Notes under the pieces: model-generated | Told to the model about the DNA's origin: nothing | Database searches by the model: none | What the model saw: the letters and a program-made list of their open reading frames with translations, nothing else | Source of the DNA: Coleofasciculus sp. B1-GNL1-01 | GTDB lineage: Bacteria; Cyanobacteriota; Cyanobacteriia; Cyanobacteriales; Coleofasciculaceae | Assembly (NCBI GenBank): GCA_040220235.1 | Contig: JAVJTO010000135.1 | DNA: 64,000 nt | Reading direction: 5' to 3' (one strand) | Made by a program: the position numbers and the translations under genes | Part shown: positions 1 through 10,176 of the stretch, one piece after another | Numbering within the stretch: position 1 is the first letter of the stretch | Layout: the number at the start of each line of letters is the position of its first letter

Positions 1-597
1 TTTAAACAGTGGTGTCTATGGCGTGAGAGCTTGTCAGATGAGGCTCAAAAAACAGTGGAGGTGCTGTTGGAAAAAGCAGGTACAAGTGATTGTGAACAAG
101 CCTCAGTTGAACTATCGAGTCGCACTGAGCTTTCCCTAAACGGAAACCAAATAAAAGATGTAACTCCTCTCTCTGGATTTACCAATCTGAGGAGGCTTTC
201 CCTAAGCGAAAACCAAATAAAGGATATCAGTCCTCTCTCTGGACTTACCAATCTGAATAGCCTTTTCCTAAGCGAAAACCAAATAAAAGATGTCAGTCCT
301 CTCTCTGGATTTACCAATCTGACTTTGCTTTTCCTCAACGAAAACCAAATAAAGGATATCAGTCCTCTCTCTGGACTTGCTAATCTGGCTTGGCTTTCTC
401 TGAGCAAAAACCAAATAGAAGATGTAAGTCCTCTCTCTGGACTTGCTAATCTGGCTTGGCTTAACCTCGACAAAAACCAAATAAAAGATATTAGTCCTCT
501 GTCTAGACTTACTTATCTGATTTGGCTTTCCCTTGAAAATAATCCCATAGCACAGCAAACTTGTCCAGTCAATCCTCCAAGTGTTTGCGAGTTCTGA
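1..597 (+). CDS. Leucine-rich repeat (internalin-like) protein, 5' end beyond the window
   Basis: 22-aa LRR units (LxLxxNQIKDISPLSGLxxL, 66-bp DNA repeats); frame open from base 1 (FKQWCLWRESLSDEAQKTV). Confidence 0.85.
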   Translation, partial: FKQWCLWRESLSDEAQKTVEVLLEKAGTSDCEQASVELSSRTELSLNGNQIKDVTPLSGFTNLRRLSLSENQIKDISPLSGLTNLNSLFLSENQIKDVSPLSGFTNLTLLFLNENQIKDISPLSGLANLAWLSLSKNQIEDVSPLSGLANLAWLNLDKNQIKDISPLSRLTYLIWLSLENNPIAQQTCPVNPPSVCEF

Positions 598-723
598 TCA
601 TAACCAATAATTATGCTATTCCGGTCAAACAGAGGATACAAAGAACCTGTTTCAATCTGACAAGTCAGAAGTCACCTGAGTTCGATATTGAAAGAGCAAG
701 CTAGAATGAAAGCCCCAAGGGTA

Positions 724-990
724 TTATTTTGACTTTCGTTTCGACTTCGGCGGTGTTCGGTGTGCGCCAAAGTATTTTTCACTGCGGTAGCGAAGCCACA
801 CTCGCAACACTTGGGGAATCTGTTCTTTTTGTTCTTTGGTTAGGGTATTATAAAGTGCTAAAGCGCGATCGCGTTCTCGGCGACAGGCAGGATTATTGTG
901 AGCATCCCAGTAGCTACGGGCAACCCGAATCCGCCGACAGACTTCTTTGATCAGTGCTTTTCCGGTGAGGGGTTGTTTCTGCTTTGCCAT
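724..990 (-). CDS. Small basic conserved cyanobacterial hypothetical protein
   Basis: ORF MAKQKQPLTGKALIKEVCRRIRVARSYWDAHNN; ATG at 990 preferred; resembles a conserved cyanobacterial small-protein family. Confidence 0.65.
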   Translation of the reverse strand: MAKQKQPLTGKALIKEVCRRIRVARSYWDAHNNPACRRERDRALALYNTLTKEQKEQIPQVLRVWLRYRSEKYFGAHRTPPKSKRKSK

Positions 991-1426
991 ACTTGAATCA
1001 GAATGCATTATATAATCTCAATTCTAACCTTACAGAGTATACAGACAGATTTCCGACAATCCTATTTTATTCTTACGCCAGTCCCATCTGCCATTGTTAG
1101 TTAGGTAATAATACAAAAATATTAAAATTCAACTTGGCTTGTGTAATTAATTGCACATTGAGGTTTATTGTGTTATGTATAACCAGAAATAAAATACTTG
1201 AATGAATATTTATAGTTTGCTATAATTAAATTGTGTTTTTATCCAAACATTGAACTGCAATAATCAAAGTAATTATAGATGTTTTTTGATATAAGGCTTG
1301 AATAAGTATTTATCTAAAGGATTAAACATAAGTAAAAAATGTGTTTATTTAAATTGTTAAGAAGTTTTGATGTTATTAAACATATATAAGCATACAATTA
1401 TTTCTTTGCATAAATTAATTTGCTAA

Positions 1427-3766
1427 TTGACTATACCAATGCGGAAAATGATAAAAAAAGTAGCCGATGATATGAGCTTGAGAGAAGTAGCGGAATATTT
1501 AGGAGAATCCAAACATTGGCTCTATAAACTTGTTAAGAGGGGAGATATTCCTGGACAGAAGGTAGAAGGACGCTGGAAATTTAGTAAAAAGGACATTGAT
1601 CAATGGCGAGACAAAATACACTTGAATCAGCATTCTCAATCTAATCGAAAGCGAATAGTTAAAGCTATTGTACAACGTCAGCATCTCAAAGAGGTACGTT
1701 TTGATGATGATACAACGACTCTCTTAGTTGCTCGTTCTGCTTGTGTGGCTAAAGATGATTGGGTAGAGCTTACGGAAGATAGTGCCTGGGTTCTGTGTAA
1801 AAATGGTTCAGCTAAAATTTTTCCATATTATGCCGCACGGGAGCAATTACAGGTGGGTGGTTTGGACTTAGAGTTTTTAATCAAGGAAATTACTGAACCC
1901 GAAGAGTTAACGGCTTACCAAGCACTGACTCAGTTTCACTATCGGAGCCGTACACTGTATGGTAGGACAGCACCACTAATTATTCGCAACTTTCATCCAA
2001 TTTACTCAAAGGTTATCGGTTACATTGAACTTACCAGTTCATTTTATATGAACAAACCTCGTCGAGCTATTTTAAATGCCCCATTTCAAACTCAATGTAT
2101 TTCCTGGGAAGCTTGGGATAAGACTGCTGCACGTAACTCTATTCACATAATCGTTCGCATCGCCCGTTGTGTGATTTATCCAGAGTTTCGCGGTTTGGGT
2201 TTAGGACAACTATTAGTCAAACATGCAGCAGAGTTTGCTCGCCATCACTGGCAAATAGCAGGATTAAAACCTTACTTTATGGAAATTTCGGCGGATATGC
2301 TGAAATTCGTACCCTTTGCGAAGAAAGCTGGCATGACTTTTATCGGTGAAACGGAGGGTAATCTCAAGCGAGTAGCTAAAGATATGGCTTATTTGCTAAA
2401 AAATCAGGAGAGAGTGCAAAACGGTGAAATTGTCAATAAAGAAAATTCATTGGGAATTGTAGATCAGCAAGTATCCCGTATGAAACGAGCCGCTAATCTA
2501 ATAAAAAAAAGGGGTTGGTGTTTGGAAGAATTTATAGGTCGTCTAGAGGATTTATCCCATAAATCTGTATTAAAAGACTTTAATATTTTTCATGAGATTG
2601 TTAGTCTTCCTAAACCAACTTACTTACAGGGATTAATTCCAGAAGCAGAATTTTTTCTACAGCAACGGGTTGCCGAAATTGCTCCTCAAAACAACTATAT
2701 TTTTCCGTCAATAAAACTAGAACCTATTCAAGAGGAAATATTTTTGCATAAAATATCCCTAACTTACCAATCCCGCGTGCGCCGTACACAGCAAACTCAT
2801 GCAATTCAACAAGCATTTAGTATCTCGCCTGATGACATATCTCACACAGTTATACGAGATCTATCTGTAAATATCAGTCCGGGAGAGGTTCTTCTAATAA
2901 CAGGACCTTCAGGTTGTGGCAAGACTACTCTTCTGAATCTTTTGTCAGAGGGAAAACATCAAGAATTGGCAGGAGATGTTCACTTTCCAGACAACTACTG
3001 TCCTGGCATTTTTCAACCTGTTCGCTCTCAAAAAGCGGTGATTGAGCTGCTAGGCAAACAAGATATCCAGGCTACCCTTCATTTAATGGGACTTGTCGGT
3101 CTATCTGATGCATTTGTGTATCTCAAGCGTTTTGATGAATTAAGTAACGGTCAGCAGTACCGAGCTAATCTCGCCTTACTCATCAGTGGGGGTTACAACG
3201 TCTGGATTGCTGATGAGTTCTGTGCCAATATGGATGCCGTTACTGCAAATGTTGTCGCTGACCGCTTACAGCGGATTGCGCGACAGTTAAAAGCTGTACT
3301 GATTGTTGCCTCGTCGCAACCAGCAATATTTGCAGCAGCACTTTGCCCTGATAAAGTTGTTCATTTGACTACTGCTTGGGAGCATCGAGTCATGTCTGGA
3401 ACCGAATTCGTTCGTTCTTTTCCAAGTCATCATCGCAAAAGTGCTGCACAGACTCTCAGCATATCTACTAAATATCTCCCAGCGATCCGTTCGGGGCGGA
3501 AATGCACTACTATTCGCCGAGGTCGCCCATCGATTAGTAAAGGACTGCTTCTGTTGACTAGCAGAACAGACGTTGTGCCTGTAAACGTTACGCAGGTTAA
3601 GTCAACACGCTTCAAATCCCTGACTGAGGAAAATGCTCACAAGGATGGCTTTAGGAATTTGAGCGAACTGAAAATTGCACTGCTGAAACATTATCCGAAT
3701 CTGAGCGATAATAGCTGGGTAACGATTGTGTCCTTCGATGCGCGGTGTGGTATTCGAGATTCCTGA
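1427..3766 (+). CDS. Fusion protein: excisionase-type HTH + GNAT acetyltransferase + ABC ATPase (COG2401-like) + C-terminal ASCH domain
   Basis: N-terminal SLREVAEYL...IPGQKVEGRWKF (HTH_17); FHY and RIARCVIYPEFRGLGLG (acetyl-CoA motif A); Walker A GPSGCGKTT, signature LSNGQQYR, Walker B VWIADEF; C-terminal IRSGRKCTTIRRG...AHKDGF (ASCH). Start may be ATG 1439, 1448 or 1472. Confidence 0.85.
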   Translation: MTIPMRKMIKKVADDMSLREVAEYLGESKHWLYKLVKRGDIPGQKVEGRWKFSKKDIDQWRDKIHLNQHSQSNRKRIVKAIVQRQHLKEVRFDDDTTTLLVARSACVAKDDWVELTEDSAWVLCKNGSAKIFPYYAAREQLQVGGLDLEFLIKEITEPEELTAYQALTQFHYRSRTLYGRTAPLIIRNFHPIYSKVIGYIELTSSFYMNKPRRAILNAPFQTQCISWEAWDKTAARNSIHIIVRIARCVIYPEFRGLGLGQLLVKHAAEFARHHWQIAGLKPYFMEISADMLKFVPFAKKAGMTFIGETEGNLKRVAKDMAYLLKNQERVQNGEIVNKENSLGIVDQQVSRMKRAANLIKKRGWCLEEFIGRLEDLSHKSVLKDFNIFHEIVSLPKPTYLQGLIPEAEFFLQQRVAEIAPQNNYIFPSIKLEPIQEEIFLHKISLTYQSRVRRTQQTHAIQQAFSISPDDISHTVIRDLSVNISPGEVLLITGPSGCGKTTLLNLLSEGKHQELAGDVHFPDNYCPGIFQPVRSQKAVIELLGKQDIQATLHLMGLVGLSDAFVYLKRFDELSNGQQYRANLALLISGGYNVWIADEFCANMDAVTANVVADRLQRIARQLKAVLIVASSQPAIFAAALCPDKVVHLTTAWEHRVMSGTEFVRSFPSHHRKSAAQTLSISTKYLPAIRSGRKCTTIRRGRPSISKGLLLLTSRTDVVPVNVTQVKSTRFKSLTEENAHKDGFRNLSELKIALLKHYPNLSDNSWVTIVSFDARCGIRDS

Positions 3767-3927
3767 GCAGCAGGGTTATTTTAAAATTACTGATTCAAAA
3801 ATCCTGGAACTATTACTCTGTCTAGGTTACAGGGTTAAATTACCAGCTCCCACCAATTCTAGGCTGTTACATTGAAAATATAGGAGGGAATTCTACAACT
3901 AAATCCTCATATTTATCAGTTAACAAG

Positions 3928-6486
3928 ATGTTCTGGTCATGGGTAGCAGAAGCCTTAGCTTCACTGTCAGGATGTGAAGATGATATTTTCCGGAAATTCT
4001 GGAATCGGAGACGGTTAAGATTCACCGATCTGGCAGTAGATGACATAGATAAATACAATACCCGTTTAGTGAGCGCTGCAATTCGCAGACGTGAAGGCTT
4101 GTTTATTGTACTTCCTGATTTCCAGCGCTACAGAGCCGCCCTTCTGTTTGCCACCGCCTTGATTCGCTACTGCCGAGACTCTCGGCAACAGCTTACTGAT
4201 AAAAATACTCAGCATAGTTTGCGAGTGGTTTACTTTAGCTCTACAGTAGGCATTCGAGAGCAGCTTCGGCAAGTTAAAATTGGGGACAGGGGCAAAAATT
4301 TGGCTGATTTGTTTCCACAAGAGTATTTAGGACGGCGCAATGCTATCCGTATAATGCCGAGTAAGATAAAATCTCAGAAATTTAATTTGCCGGAAGTTGT
4401 GACGGTCTATGCACCCGTTGATCCGATAGCAGTTCTGGAGCAGTATCGACCTGAGTGGATTGCTATTGACTGCGGCGATACAGAAAAATTTCACTGGTTG
4501 TTACCGCTGTTACAAAACGCAGCTCAAAAGAACATACCAGTTATCGCTTGGAGTCAAAACCCTCTGTCACGGTGTTTAGTAGATTTTTCTAGATATAGTC
4601 GCCTGTTTAAGTGGTCAACTAAACTATCTTTAAAGCAGGGTTTCACGGCTCAAATACAGGAAAGTATAAAAAACAGCTTACAAGAAAGCACAACTACTGA
4701 AATTCAACCTTTTGTTTTGGAAGGTACACAAGCTCATTCATTGTCAGTTTATTTCCAAAGGGTGAACTATCGACTAGCTTCCTGCACTCGCGGCTTATCT
4801 GGACGTTTGGATAAAGATACATTAAGACTTCATTGGCAGTACCTGCGATCGCTAGAGTCCTTGGCAATACCATTTGAATTCTACGAGTCAGAATCAAAGA
4901 TTTTTTGGGGTATGAAGTCTTTTGAACAATTGCAAAATGATTGTGAACAGTTCCGGAATGCCTGTTACAAAAGTTATCCTGAGATAGCAATCAAGCTGGA
5001 AGAGATCAATGCTTTACTGGAGGTGGCTAGCGAGCAGATTCAAACTAATGGTTCACCTATGTGGTCTGCTTTATGTAACCTTTTAGAGGAAGAACCTGCA
5101 ACAGGAGAAGCACGGATAATAACTTTTACTAGCAAAGCTAGAAAGCAACTATTTTTATTGACCCTCTTAGCACTTAATGACCGAACAGAAGAAGATCTGC
5201 GCCTTGCTAGAACCTGGATTTTCAGTTTAGATGAACTTAACAAACTATTGCGACAGCAAAATGAGTTAGACGATACAAAAAAGTTTGAAAACTCAATGAC
5301 CATAGATAAAACGCTAGATTGGCATCCTCTAATAGTGGGTTTACCCAATTTTAGTGCAAGATACAAGCTTTTGCCAACATTGCTACATAAAAAGCTTGAT
5401 ATATTGATCCACCATCACCAAACGTCTGCGCTAGCCTATCAAACAGATGAGTGGTCAAAGAAGCTTACTGTTGATTTGTCTAATATTACAACAGTTTTGA
5501 GTGAACTTAGTGGGATTGTCGCACCAAAAGAGCTGCCAAATATACCATCTAGAATAAGAGTCAATGAACTCATCGGTTTAGATGCAATTAGCGCCAAACA
5601 AACAAAATATTCAGGAGCGAAGCTACTTTGGGAACCAGACGATCCAGTGACTGAGGTTGCTCGTTTATTGCAATTGGATGAACAGATAGATGAAAATGAA
5701 TTGATAACTATTGGCTCAATTCAGACCGGAATCGCCAAACCTACAGGTGGAGTGCCAGAATCTTGGTGTAAAAGTGCTGTGGAAGTTCATTTTGACCAAG
5801 GTTGGTACACTTGCTTTGCACCAGATGAGACTATTAAAATTATTGGGGTGAGCTTATCCAGTCATAAGACTCACGAACGTTATGTGCGATCGCTAAAACC
5901 TGGAGATCGCGTTGTCGCTATTCCTGGACAGCGACGGCAAAGTCTCTACGACCTAATCATCTCGCGTGTACATGGGCATCCCTCTATTGAGTTACATCTA
6001 GCACTCATCCGTCGTTGGCAAGAAGATTTTATGGCAGCCTATAAGCGTTGGCAGCAATACGGAGTCAGGAATTTGGAAGAGTTGCTCTGCCAGATGCAAG
6101 AACGTGGTACCTCTCTCACTTCCTCTTTTACGCTGCGTCAGTGGCTCTGGGGTAATACACTATGTCCCGATGACCCTGACGACCTTTATCGTTTAGCAGA
6201 ATTGCTTGACATGGACTTTGTGCGTTCTTACTACCGCAGAATTTTCCAAGCTGCCAAGCGTTTGCGAGGTTTACACCGAGCGCTATCACGTCGTTTAAAT
6301 AGCTGGTTAGAACAGGAAGCTACAGGTTGGGTTGGCAAAAACGACAGAGACTTAATTGATGCTGAATTGGGTTTAACTTTTAGTGACTTCAGAAATTCGC
6401 TGCTAATTTTGCGGGTTGAGGAGGTACAGATTATTAAAGGTTTATTTTTACGTGACAGTTTAGGGAAATTTGAGAGGAATATTTAA
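3928..6486 (+). CDS. drmE: DISARM class II DrmE-like protein
   Basis: 852 aa, directly upstream of the DrmA/B/C-like genes (2-bp gap); C-terminal RRWQ...LRQWLWG..LCPDDPDDLYRLAELL segment resembles the DrmE family; no intact Walker motifs seen. Confidence 0.65.
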   Translation: MFWSWVAEALASLSGCEDDIFRKFWNRRRLRFTDLAVDDIDKYNTRLVSAAIRRREGLFIVLPDFQRYRAALLFATALIRYCRDSRQQLTDKNTQHSLRVVYFSSTVGIREQLRQVKIGDRGKNLADLFPQEYLGRRNAIRIMPSKIKSQKFNLPEVVTVYAPVDPIAVLEQYRPEWIAIDCGDTEKFHWLLPLLQNAAQKNIPVIAWSQNPLSRCLVDFSRYSRLFKWSTKLSLKQGFTAQIQESIKNSLQESTTTEIQPFVLEGTQAHSLSVYFQRVNYRLASCTRGLSGRLDKDTLRLHWQYLRSLESLAIPFEFYESESKIFWGMKSFEQLQNDCEQFRNACYKSYPEIAIKLEEINALLEVASEQIQTNGSPMWSALCNLLEEEPATGEARIITFTSKARKQLFLLTLLALNDRTEEDLRLARTWIFSLDELNKLLRQQNELDDTKKFENSMTIDKTLDWHPLIVGLPNFSARYKLLPTLLHKKLDILIHHHQTSALAYQTDEWSKKLTVDLSNITTVLSELSGIVAPKELPNIPSRIRVNELIGLDAISAKQTKYSGAKLLWEPDDPVTEVARLLQLDEQIDENELITIGSIQTGIAKPTGGVPESWCKSAVEVHFDQGWYTCFAPDETIKIIGVSLSSHKTHERYVRSLKPGDRVVAIPGQRRQSLYDLIISRVHGHPSIELHLALIRRWQEDFMAAYKRWQQYGVRNLEELLCQMQERGTSLTSSFTLRQWLWGNTLCPDDPDDLYRLAELLDMDFVRSYYRRIFQAAKRLRGLHRALSRRLNSWLEQEATGWVGKNDRDLIDAELGLTFSDFRNSLLILRVEEVQIIKGLFLRDSLGKFERNI

Positions 6487-6488
6487 AA

Positions 6489-9400
6489 ATGGCTAATCCA
6501 ACGGAAGAAACAGCACTAGCAGAATACTTATGTGAGCGAGTCCGCGATCGCGCTTCTGGTCGCAGTGAGAACGAGTGTATTAGGAACTATCCTCATGATG
6601 TGTATTTTATCGGTAATCTAAGACCTCGACCAGAAGATAACGAGGAACAAGAGCAGGATGCGGGACATCTGAGAGAGCTGATTAATAAATTAGCTCCTGT
6701 CGCTTTTGGTGCTGAGTTTCGCTTTCAGCCTGAGAGCGATGAAGTAGAAATAACTGTTAAGGTTAAGGTCAGATGGGCTTGCTACTACAGGGTTTTCCCA
6801 ACTCTGGATCAGCAGCGATCGCATCAGCAACAGACTGAACCATCAGAGAAAAAGGCGGAGACAGTCAAAGCTGACAATAATATTCGAGGAACAGAGACAG
6901 CCGATCCTGTTCAGGCTGCTTCAGATAGCCAATCTACAACAGATCAGGAAGAACCTAGCGAAGAAGATAGCACAATAGAAGCTGAGAGGGAAAAAGAAGA
7001 ACGACTTGCTGAGATAGAGTCGCCAGAAGTAACTGAGTCTCAACGCGATCGTCGTCGCGGAAGAACTCCAAAAGATAGATTATTTATTCGATTTCGCAAG
7101 ATTGACTGCCAAACTATAGGAATAGTGACTCTACGTCGCAATACTACTAGCGAGTGGAGTGCCGATCATAGTAACTTAAAAGCTGCATTGGATGAAGAAA
7201 CTAGGCGAGTACAGGAAGTAGCTTTAAATGATCCCGAACGCCTCCGCACTGCTGGTGTTACTGATGCTCAAGTCAATGTTCCTGAGACTGCCTTAGTTTC
7301 TGAGGCAGACTACAATGCCTTTATCCAGTCACTCCAAACAGACGTAGTACCTGAGTGGCGTTGGGAAGTTAGCTCAGAAGTGCGTCCGAACGATGAAACC
7401 GATTTAGCTGACCAAGTAGTTTCAATAGAGTTTGTGAACGCTTCACCTAGACAAGCTCCACCTCCTCCAGCACCAGATAACCCGAATATTGAAGCGTTCT
7501 TATTTGATGCACGCACTCTATTCCAGTTTCAAAACGCTACTGTATTGCCTTTTGAATTAGAGTTAGCTCCCCGTGGTTTTCGGTATGACCGAGATTTGTG
7601 GGGTCGGGGGTTTAACTGTGCCGTAGAGCGCAGGGAGAAGTGGGCAAATACATTCTCGACGACTCACACGCCAATTTACCGCCAGATGCGGTATGTTACG
7701 CAAACTCAACCACAAGCTCGCTTTGAAGACCTTTACCAAAATCCCTTACCAAGGTTAGAGGCTATTCTCAATGCAATGGAGGCGTACCGACAGGAATGGT
7801 TTCAGGAACGGCAAAGATATGTCAGTAGCGACCCTAATTGGGAAGCTGAATTTGGAAGTGAGTTTGACCGCGATCTCCAACAATTTGAGCAAGAAATCAG
7901 CCAATTTAGCCGTGGCTATGAACTCATCCGAGATGACCCAAATGTACTCCTTGCTTTTAAATTAACTAACGAGACCTTCCGACGCTTGGGCGCTCACCCT
8001 GACAGGCGCAAACGTAAGGATAGCTGGCGTTTATTCCAGATTGTTTTTCTAGTCAGCCAAATTCCTAGTATTGCCGCTTTAGCCCATCCCAATAGCCCAG
8101 ATGCTAGTGAACGGGAAATGGTAGACATTATCTACTTCCCTACTGGCGGTGGTAAAACGGAAGCTTACCTTGGCACGATAGTTTTTCATTGCTTCTTTGA
8201 CCGTTTGCGAGGTAAAGCTGCCGGAGTTACAGCCTGGACACGATTCCCATTGCGTCTATTAACCCTACAGCAGACCCAACGCATGGCTGATGTAATTGGT
8301 GTTGCTGACTTAGTGCGGCGAGAACAACAAGACCAACGCTTGAGTGATCGAGGTGTAGATGGATTTGCTGTTGGTTACTTGGTCGGGGCTGAAGCTACTC
8401 CTAACGAACTTGTAAATCCCAGCTACCGTTATGCCAATGCAAAAGACTCTGTGAACTGGAGTCAAGCCAGTGACGCAAATGCACGTCAACGCTGGAAGCG
8501 AGTGATTTCTTGCCCCCACTGCCGCACAGCAAGGGTGCATGTAGATTTTGTCCCCAAGACAGTGCGTGTCATCCATCGCTGTACTGAACCAACCTGCGCT
8601 TTCCCAAATGGGGAGATTCCCATTTATGTTATAGACAATGAAATTTACCGCTACCTGCCCAGTGTAATTGTCGGAACGATTGACAAACTTGCTAGTTTGG
8701 GAAATCAGCGCAAGCTATCACAAGTATTTGGACAAATAGACGGACGATGTACCCAACACGGTTATTATAAAGGTAAATGTTGTCAAAAAGAATGCTCAGG
8801 TGGGCAACTTTTACAACCGAGAAGACCCCGTGGCTTATCTAGTCCTACGCTATTTGTACAAGACGAGCTGCATCTGCTCAAAGAGGGATTAGGAACATTT
8901 GACGGTCACTATGAAACCTTTACCCAACAGCTTCAACAAGAATTTGACAGAAATGCTCCTCCCCTGAAAGTGATTGCTTCCTCAGCAACTATCGAAGCAT
9001 TTAGAAGGCAAGTTAAACACCTTTACGGACGGCATGAGAATCAAGCTCGTGTATTTCCTGGTTTGGGTCCGACGCTTGGAGAATCATTTTATGCTCAAAC
9101 ACTGGATTACCCGCAGAGAATATTTGTAGGCATCATTCCCCATAACAAAACCATCTTCAATACGATTTTAGAGCTAATTGAGTTATATCACCGTGAGGTA
9201 CAAAATTTAGAACGCCTTTCCTCCGGTACACCTAATCCCTACGGCGGCAATATAGATCCTGGAACCCAAGACTGGCACGAGTTATTAGATCTGTACATCA
9301 CTTCTCTTACCTACTTCCTCGCTAATCGAGAATTAGACTCAATCCGCACTGACTTAGAAGGAGATGTAAATCCCAACTTACAGAGGGATGGCTTCCAAAT

Positions 9401-10163
9401 TCTGGAAATGCCTCAATTAACTGGCGGAACTAGCACTGATGAAGTGACGAGTATTTTAGAAAGGCTAGAACGACAAAATCGCTCAAACCCAGGTGCTGAT
9501 GCTGTTCTGGCAACGAGTATGATTAGTCACGGTGTCGATGTAGATCGTTTTAACGCCATGATTTTCTATGGAATGCCACGGCAGAATGCTGAATATATCC
9601 AAGCATCTAGCCGTGTTGGACGTTCCCATGTGGGAATAGTTTTTAACTGCCTACATCCAGCACGAGAACGAGATCAAAGCCACTATACCTACTTTTCAAA
9701 GTTCCATGAATTTCTCGGTCAACTGGTAGAGCCAGTTGCTATCAACCGTTGGGCAAAATTCAGCATTGATCGCACACTACCAGGACTGTTTATGGCAATG
9801 TTGTTACAGCTTATTGCTAATCGCTCCGGTGAAAGTAACCCCAACCGTTACTATATGTTGGATTTTGTGAAACAAAAAATTACTGAAGGCAGCTTAAATG
9901 AAAACAATTTTGTTCCCATTTTAGAGCAAGCCTATCGTGTTGCAGGTGGTAATAGAGTCAACGAACAAGCTTTTCGCAATCAAATCAGGCTACAAGTACA
10001 ACAGTTTTTGGATCAGATTCTCGGAGCTGGATCGGGTGAAAAATTTGTTTCTGGAGTTCTCATTCCCAAACCTATGACTAGCTTACGGGATGTCGATGAG
10101 GCAATTCCTATCGAATTAGATAGTACGGGGACTCAATGGGCTACACGCTCTGGCAACCGCTAA
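6489..10163 (+). CDS. drmA: DISARM DrmA-like superfamily 2 helicase
   Basis: WRLFQI (Q motif), FPTGGGKTEAY (Walker A), PLRLLTLQQ, Zn-binding CPHC/C..C, QDELH, SSATI, ATSMISHGVDVDR, YIQASSRVGR. Confidence 0.85.
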   Translation: MANPTEETALAEYLCERVRDRASGRSENECIRNYPHDVYFIGNLRPRPEDNEEQEQDAGHLRELINKLAPVAFGAEFRFQPESDEVEITVKVKVRWACYYRVFPTLDQQRSHQQQTEPSEKKAETVKADNNIRGTETADPVQAASDSQSTTDQEEPSEEDSTIEAEREKEERLAEIESPEVTESQRDRRRGRTPKDRLFIRFRKIDCQTIGIVTLRRNTTSEWSADHSNLKAALDEETRRVQEVALNDPERLRTAGVTDAQVNVPETALVSEADYNAFIQSLQTDVVPEWRWEVSSEVRPNDETDLADQVVSIEFVNASPRQAPPPPAPDNPNIEAFLFDARTLFQFQNATVLPFELELAPRGFRYDRDLWGRGFNCAVERREKWANTFSTTHTPIYRQMRYVTQTQPQARFEDLYQNPLPRLEAILNAMEAYRQEWFQERQRYVSSDPNWEAEFGSEFDRDLQQFEQEISQFSRGYELIRDDPNVLLAFKLTNETFRRLGAHPDRRKRKDSWRLFQIVFLVSQIPSIAALAHPNSPDASEREMVDIIYFPTGGGKTEAYLGTIVFHCFFDRLRGKAAGVTAWTRFPLRLLTLQQTQRMADVIGVADLVRREQQDQRLSDRGVDGFAVGYLVGAEATPNELVNPSYRYANAKDSVNWSQASDANARQRWKRVISCPHCRTARVHVDFVPKTVRVIHRCTEPTCAFPNGEIPIYVIDNEIYRYLPSVIVGTIDKLASLGNQRKLSQVFGQIDGRCTQHGYYKGKCCQKECSGGQLLQPRRPRGLSSPTLFVQDELHLLKEGLGTFDGHYETFTQQLQQEFDRNAPPLKVIASSATIEAFRRQVKHLYGRHENQARVFPGLGPTLGESFYAQTLDYPQRIFVGIIPHNKTIFNTILELIELYHREVQNLERLSSGTPNPYGGNIDPGTQDWHELLDLYITSLTYFLANRELDSIRTDLEGDVNPNLQRDGFQILEMPQLTGGTSTDEVTSILERLERQNRSNPGADAVLATSMISHGVDVDRFNAMIFYGMPRQNAEYIQASSRVGRSHVGIVFNCLHPARERDQSHYTYFSKFHEFLGQLVEPVAINRWAKFSIDRTLPGLFMAMLLQLIANRSGESNPNRYYMLDFVKQKITEGSLNENNFVPILEQAYRVAGGNRVNEQAFRNQIRLQVQQFLDQILGAGSGEKFVSGVLIPKPMTSLRDVDEAIPIELDSTGTQWATRSGNR

Positions 10164-10176
10164 TTGGAGAAAGCTT

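Noticed and set aside
130..545. Regularly spaced DNA repeats resembling an array
   Set aside because: The 66-bp period is explained by LRR coding repeats; the antisense ORFs 45-473 and 268-558 are shadows.
1427..3766. ABC transporter ATP-binding subunit or prophage excisionase
   Set aside because: No permease, binding protein, integrase or phage genes nearby; both domains are parts of a larger soluble fusion.
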